From the NCBI GenBank assembly GCA_963842085.1, contig CAWJET010000002.1:1440001-1504000 (forward strand): a stretch of 64,000 nt of DNA. The letters run 5' to 3'. Each line of letters starts with the position of its first letter. Within the stretch, counting starts at the first letter, position 1. The notes under the pieces were generated by a model. That model had not been told where the DNA came from and searched no databases. It saw only the letters and a list, made by a program, of their open reading frames with translations. The DNA is from an uncultured delta proteobacterium. GTDB lineage: Bacteria; Desulfobacterota; Binatia; Binatales; Binataceae. The translations under genes were made by a program, and so were the position numbers. This document shows, piece by piece, positions 59,001 to 64,000 of this stretch.

Positions 59001-60164
59001 TTGACTGGCGCGCGCCAGACGTATCGACCTGCCGGGCGCGTCCGCAGGGCTGCGCCAGAGCGCGCGCAGCCGCATCCTGTCCGGTTCGGGCCAAATCTCT
59101 ACATCGCGCATACGCAGCCCGGGTTCGAAGGAATCGCGGCGGACGAGATAGCTGGACGCGTCCCCGGCGCGCGCGAGATCGCGCGGCGCGCGGTGCCCGA
59201 TCGCGCCGGGATGACGCTTTTCTTCGCGCCGGCAGCCGAGAAGCTCGGTGTGATCCGAACGGCTGAGGACCTGTTCGGGCTGGCCGGCTACCGCTCCGGA
59301 ATCGGGCCGGGGAGCGCGGCACTGGACAAGATTCGCGGCGCGGCGCGCGAAGCGCCGCTGGTCGAGGCGGCGATTCAGGCGCGCGTGAAGGTCTCGCCGG
59401 GGGCGCGCGCGGGCCGCAGGCTCAAGTTCCGCGTGATCGCCAGGATGGCGGGAGCGCACGAATTTCGCCGCGTCGATTTCCAGCGCGCGGTCGAGCGCGG
59501 GATTCTCGAGCGGAGCGATCACACCTGGCGGCTGGAAGAAGCGGACGCCGATCTCGAGTTCTGGGCGACGATGATCGACGCCGAGTTCTTTTTTACGGTG
59601 CGGCTCAGCGACGACCGCATGCGGCATCGCGAGTACAAGACTGCCCATCGCCCGGCGTCGCTGCGCGCGTCGAGTGCGGCAGCGCTCGCGTGGCTGTCTG
59701 AGCCGCGCGACGACGACATCGTGCTCGATCCATTTTGCGGCGCGGGCACCATACTGATCGAGCGGGCACACCTGGGACGGTACGCGATGCTGATTGGCAG
59801 CGATCGCGACCAGGCGGCGCTCGCGGCGGCGCGCGTGAATGTCGGCGCGCGCTACAAGCCAATCCGGCTCGAGAACTGGGACGCGGGAGCGCTGCCGCTC
59901 GGCGACGCCAGCGTGAACAAAATCGTCACCAACCTGCCGTGGGGATTGCGCTACGGCTCGCACGGCGAGAATCGAAAACTCTATCCGCTGTGGATGCGGG
60001 AGTTCGCACGCGTGCTCAAACGCGGCGGCGCGATGGTGATGATTACGGCGGAGTGGCGGCTGATGCGCGAGCTCGAGCGCACCCGCAGGATCGCGCCGAG
60101 CAAAATTATTCGCGTGTCGGTACTCGGCAAATCGGCGGCGATTTACGTGTGCCGCAAAGACTAG
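59001..60164 (+). CDS. THUMP/UPF0020-type RNA guanine-N2 methyltransferase (TrmN/Trm14-like)
   Basis: PGFEGIAADEI, ASLR..SAAAL, LDPFCGAGT, TNLPWG. Confidence 0.8.
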   Translation: MTGARQTYRPAGRVRRAAPERAQPHPVRFGPNLYIAHTQPGFEGIAADEIAGRVPGAREIARRAVPDRAGMTLFFAPAAEKLGVIRTAEDLFGLAGYRSGIGPGSAALDKIRGAAREAPLVEAAIQARVKVSPGARAGRRLKFRVIARMAGAHEFRRVDFQRAVERGILERSDHTWRLEEADADLEFWATMIDAEFFFTVRLSDDRMRHREYKTAHRPASLRASSAAALAWLSEPRDDDIVLDPFCGAGTILIERAHLGRYAMLIGSDRDQAALAAARVNVGARYKPIRLENWDAGALPLGDASVNKIVTNLPWGLRYGSHGENRKLYPLWMREFARVLKRGGAMVMITAEWRLMRELERTRRIAPSKIIRVSVLGKSAAIYVCRKD

Positions 60165-60169
60165 ACGCC

Positions 60170-61528
60170 CTAGTTTGCCGGGGAGAAAAAGGCGAGCACC
60201 GCGTTTGAGACCTCGTGCGGCGCGCTGCCGTCGATTGGCACGATCCACGCCGACGGCGGAGGCGCATAGCCGAGCGAGTGTTCGGGCGATCCCACCAGGC
60301 GCACCCCCGCGTAGACAAATGACGACGAATCGGGCGCCCAGATGGTGTGCGAGACAGCAAGCTGATCGAAGTAGCGGTACGCGGTCGCCTCGTCGGGCGT
60401 CGCGAGAAAATTGCCGAGCGTTTTTTCGGCGCCAGTCTCAACGTCAACCACCGACCACGTGTAGTACGGTTTCTCCTGGGGGACGCCGATGAACGCGACA
60501 TGGCGCGAGTCGGGCGCAAAGAAAAATGCGGCGACATCGTCCTTGGTCAGCCACTTCGAATTCGCGGTGGCGATGTCTACCAGCTTGATGCCGTGATAGG
60601 TAGGATCCTGCGGGTCGATTGCCGTCGAGTAGGCGAGGTGCGCCGAGTCGGGCGCCCACACAAAGCTGTTCTCTCCCACCGGCAGGCTCACGACGGAGCG
60701 CGGATGGCCGGCGTCGGCGTCGGCGACCACGATGTTCGATTCGGCGTGGTAGTTCGCGACGTAGGCGAGATGCTTGCCGTCCGGCGACCAAACGGGGGTC
60801 TTGAACGGCGTGCGCCCGGTCGAGAGCACCTTGACTACGTTCTGGCTGGTGGGCGTCACGCTCATCAGCGAAACCCGTTCGATGTGATCCGGGTCGAGTG
60901 CGAGCGAGTGAATCGCGACCTCGCCGGGCCGCGGGCCCCAATCGAAGTACAGCGGCATCCCGGTGGCAACGATTCTGACCGGCGTTGATTCCTTGACCTC
61001 GGCCAGCACCAGGGTGAGTCCGCGCTGTTCGCCGAGCAGGAATGAAAGATGCTGCCCGTCGGGCAGCCAAAGCATGTAGACGATACGCTCGGAGCGGCTC
61101 TCGAAGATTTGCGTGGACTGGAGGTGGCCGAGCTCGTAAACCCAAACGGCGAACGAATCCTCGGCTTGCTTGTGAGTCTCGGACGAATACGCGATGCGCT
61201 TGCCGTCGGGCGAGAACGTCGGCCATCCGTAATCGGTGGTGTTGCCGCCCGGGCCCGCGTCGCGGGCGGAGCCGGCAACCCGGACAATCGCAGGTTCGCG
61301 CGCATCGTCGCGCCGGACCTGAATCGCGGCGGCCTTGCACGTGATGCACTTTGGCGCCCGGCATTGGGCATCGCAGTAGTAGATGTTGGAATCGGTGCCG
61401 ACGTAGGCGATCATGCCCGGCGGCGGCGCGCCGTGAGCAATCGAGCGGAGTGCGAATAGAAAAATGGCTGCGGCAGCGGCGGAAATTCGCAGGCTTGCAC
61501 GCACGGAGCGCCTCGCAAATATCCTCAT
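60170..61528 (-). CDS. TolB-like/PD40 beta-propeller secreted protein
   Basis: PTFSPDGKRIAY, PVWSPDGKHLAY and WAPDS repeats. Confidence 0.8.
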   Translation of the reverse strand: MRIFARRSVRASLRISAAAAAIFLFALRSIAHGAPPPGMIAYVGTDSNIYYCDAQCRAPKCITCKAAAIQVRRDDAREPAIVRVAGSARDAGPGGNTTDYGWPTFSPDGKRIAYSSETHKQAEDSFAVWVYELGHLQSTQIFESRSERIVYMLWLPDGQHLSFLLGEQRGLTLVLAEVKESTPVRIVATGMPLYFDWGPRPGEVAIHSLALDPDHIERVSLMSVTPTSQNVVKVLSTGRTPFKTPVWSPDGKHLAYVANYHAESNIVVADADAGHPRSVVSLPVGENSFVWAPDSAHLAYSTAIDPQDPTYHGIKLVDIATANSKWLTKDDVAAFFFAPDSRHVAFIGVPQEKPYYTWSVVDVETGAEKTLGNFLATPDEATAYRYFDQLAVSHTIWAPDSSSFVYAGVRLVGSPEHSLGYAPPPSAWIVPIDGSAPHEVSNAVLAFFSPAN

Positions 61529-61660
61529 CGAGCTTAGGATTGCGCCTGCAGGGACGCCAAGGCAAGAACGATCCGCGCAGGAACGGACTCTATCCGGATG
61601 CGGCGACAACCGATAGCAGCGTGTTGACACGACCGCGGCCAATCGCGCAAAGTTGACCAC

Positions 61661-62116
61661 ATGCGCCGAGTTGCAATCATTTTATGCGCCGCGCTCTTCG
61701 TCGCGCTCCCGACAATTTCGCACGCGCAGTACAACGACACCGATCAGCAGCATCCCAAGGAATATCACGACGAGGATTCGCAGCCGCTCGCGATAATCGC
61801 CGACCTGCTCTATCCGATTGGATATGGGGCGGAATGGCTGGTCGCGCGCCCGATGCACTGGCTCTCGACCGACAGTCCCGCAGCGCCGGCTTTCAGTCCG
61901 GTGGGCGGCAACGACACAACGCCACCGCCGCCGGTTCCAATTATTCCCGACAACACGATGGACCAGGCGGCGTCGTCGACCACACCGCAGGATTGGTCTC
62001 CGACGCGCAAGCCCATCACGACGAACGCGACCGTGATCAAGCAGTCGGCACCGCCGCAGTCGGCACCGCCGCCGGCCGCGGCATCGGACTCGGGTGGCCA
62101 GCCGGCGCTTCACTGA
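61661..62116 (+). CDS. Secreted hypothetical protein
   Basis: Signal peptide ..SHA; EDSQPL..LYPIGY..EWLVARP; Pro-rich tail. Confidence 0.7.
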   Translation: MRRVAIILCAALFVALPTISHAQYNDTDQQHPKEYHDEDSQPLAIIADLLYPIGYGAEWLVARPMHWLSTDSPAAPAFSPVGGNDTTPPPPVPIIPDNTMDQAASSTTPQDWSPTRKPITTNATVIKQSAPPQSAPPPAAASDSGGQPALH

Positions 62117-62300
62117 ATTTTCGCGTCCCGCAGAGTAAAGATCATCACTGACGCAATTTCACGGAGCAATCCGGGGTTATTTTCGCTCTTGAATGTTGCG
62201 TGCCTTTAGGTGATAGAATTTTTACGAATCAGATACGTCCAATCCGATATGGATGAGCTAATGCCGGCCCGTCCAGCGCCTGGAGGCTGCGTCATTTAAG

Positions 62301-62912
62301 ATGGCTGTTGCACTCAAAGAGAAGGCTCCGACCGATCCCGCCGAACTTAAGAAGTGGCGCGAAGAGGAGCAGGCAAAAGAGCGCGCGAAGCGCGACAAAG
62401 AGAAATCCGAACTCGGCACATTGTGGAGCCGTCGCGATTTCCTGGGCGTGCTCGGATGGTCGGGTTTCGGCGCATTCTCGCTGATCGGTCTGCTCGCTGC
62501 CGTTCGCTCGGCGTTTCCGCGCGTGCTCTTCCTGCCGCCATCGAAGTTCAAGGCCGGCTTCCCCGACGATTACGTGGTCGGCGAAGTGAGTGAAAAATAC
62601 AAGCAGGATTTCCGTACCTGGATCATCCGCACCAAAGCCGGGTTCTATGCGATCTTTGCCAAATGTACTCATCTGGGATGCACGCCGCGTTGGTTGAAGA
62701 CCGAGCAGAAATTCAAATGTCCGTGCCACGGCTCAGGCTATTACATCAGCGGACTCAACTTCGAAGGGCCGGCGCCACGCCCGATGGATCGATTCAAGAT
62801 TTACCTCGGCGACGACGGACAGCTGGTGGTCGACAAATCGGTCATCTACACGATGGAACCCGGCGTCGATCCCAACGAACAGTATCCCCAGAGCATCCTT
62901 AAGGTCGCCTGA
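62301..62912 (+). CDS. Rieske iron-sulfur subunit (QcrA/PetC-like)
   Basis: Tat motif SRRDFL, TM helix, CTHLGC and CPCHGS, GPAPRPM. Confidence 0.92.
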   Translation: MAVALKEKAPTDPAELKKWREEEQAKERAKRDKEKSELGTLWSRRDFLGVLGWSGFGAFSLIGLLAAVRSAFPRVLFLPPSKFKAGFPDDYVVGEVSEKYKQDFRTWIIRTKAGFYAIFAKCTHLGCTPRWLKTEQKFKCPCHGSGYYISGLNFEGPAPRPMDRFKIYLGDDGQLVVDKSVIYTMEPGVDPNEQYPQSILKVA

Positions 62913-63008
62913 TCGAGGATTTGGATTTTGTACCTGGCGGACGCAGCTCGGTAAGGAGCGGCGTCCGTTTTTGTTTTTCAATTTTCGAACCGGGAGGGAA
63001 TTTTCGCG

Positions 63009-63812
63009 ATGCCACTAATCAAAGCCGGCGACATCAACCTCAACTACGACAGTTACGGCGACGGCGAGCCGCTGCTGCTGATCATGGGATTCGGGATGTC
63101 CGGCGCGGGCTGGATTCCGTCGCTGCCGTTCTTCAACGGTTTCAAGTGCATCTATTTTGACAATCGCGGAACCGGACTCAGCGACAAGCCCGACTGCATT
63201 TACACTGTCGAAGCGATGGCGGATGACGCAAGCAACCTGCTGCGTGCGCTCGGAATCGCAAAAGCGAAAGTGTTCGGCGTATCGATGGGCGGGATGATCG
63301 CGCAGGAACTCACGCTCAGGCATCCCGAGCAGGTCAGCAAGGTGGTGCTTGGATGCACAATGGCCGGAGGACCGACCGCGAAGATGGCGGCGCCGGAGAG
63401 TGTCGAGCGGCTGATCGCGGCGAACAAGATCATGGGCGCCGACGCGGAAAAGGCCTTCGACATGCTGATGCCGCTGCTCATGCCGGAGGAGTTCGTTGCC
63501 GAGCATCCGGAAATCAAACAAATGATGATCGCTGGAGCAAAGATGATGCCGCCGACGCCGCCGGAAACTGCGGACCGCGCGATGGCTGGATTCCAGACAT
63601 TCAACACCTACGACCGGCTCGGGCAAATCAAGTGTCCGGTGCTGATCGTACACGGCGACAACGATGTGCTGGTGCCGGCGGAGAACGCGAACATCATCAA
63701 GAGCAAAATCCCGCAGGCCGAGCTGTATATCATTCCGGGCGCGGGGCACGCGTTCCAAGCGGCCGATCCTGTCGGCATTCACCAGCGAATCGTGGAGTGG
63801 CTGAGGAACTGA
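63009..63812 (+). CDS. Alpha/beta hydrolase
   Basis: DNRGTG, GVSMGG, HGDND, GAGH. Confidence 0.9.
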   Translation: MPLIKAGDINLNYDSYGDGEPLLLIMGFGMSGAGWIPSLPFFNGFKCIYFDNRGTGLSDKPDCIYTVEAMADDASNLLRALGIAKAKVFGVSMGGMIAQELTLRHPEQVSKVVLGCTMAGGPTAKMAAPESVERLIAANKIMGADAEKAFDMLMPLLMPEEFVAEHPEIKQMMIAGAKMMPPTPPETADRAMAGFQTFNTYDRLGQIKCPVLIVHGDNDVLVPAENANIIKSKIPQAELYIIPGAGHAFQAADPVGIHQRIVEWLRN

Positions 63813-63840
63813 ACAAGCTGGCGGAGCCCTTTCGCGCGCC

Positions 63841-64000
63841 CTATTTCCCGGTTCCTTTGAGCTTAACGACCTGCTGGTTGTTGCGCGCGTTGTCTCGAAT
63901 CGTCAGGTTGCCCGACCGCGCGCCGGTGAAGGTCGGCTTGAACATCAGGGCTATCGTGCATTTTTGTCCAGGACTCAGGGTCTCAAACGACCCGCAAGTC
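63841..64000 (-). CDS. C-terminus of a choice-of-anchor-D surface protein (partial)
   Basis: TCGSFETLSPGQKCTIALMFKPTFTGARSGNLTIRDNARNNQQVVKLKGTGK*, similar to the end of the 12072-14504 protein. Confidence 0.8.
   Translation of the reverse strand, partial: TCGSFETLSPGQKCTIALMFKPTFTGARSGNLTIRDNARNNQQVVKLKGTGK

Overview
GC-rich bacterial DNA. Gene content (LLM oxidoreductase, APH-like kinase pair, amidohydrolase, ArsA pair, NHL/choice-of-anchor-D surface proteins, PGN-type EF-P) suggests a Deltaproteobacteria-related soil lineage such as Candidatus Binatota; this is inference. The window has three parts. (1) 1-3.5 kb: a phage/integrative-element replication-recombination operon on the minus strand (ERF annealing protein, frameshifted YqaJ exonuclease, replisome-organiser-like/HNH fusion, replication protein running off the left edge), facing an unannotated 50-aa C4 zinc-ribbon gene across an inverted repeat. 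(2) 3.6-18.3 kb: an accessory junkyard of abutting gene fragments and IS110, IS5, IS256 and integrase remnants around a few intact surface-protein genes (TadE/TadG, NHL-repeat protein, lipoprotein). It holds two unexplained non-coding repeat systems: a 214-bp CTAG-delimited palindrome made of two 105-bp MITE-like units, and a modular structured repeat family (three 45-bp repeats with hairpin spacers, plus a CTGAAATAGTTACC-type motif that recurs at gene-breaking junctions). (3) 18.5-64 kb: core genome with metabolic genes, a TetR-YbhGFSR-like efflux operon, an orphan Dam-type methylase, a vWA/AAA+ pair, hit-ihfB-rpsA-cmk-tyrA-hisC-pheA (aroA absent, with a REP-like element at its usual position), efp and a Rieske protein. 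No rRNA, tRNA or CRISPR-cas locus was seen. All family calls come from motif recognition by eye; no database searches were run.
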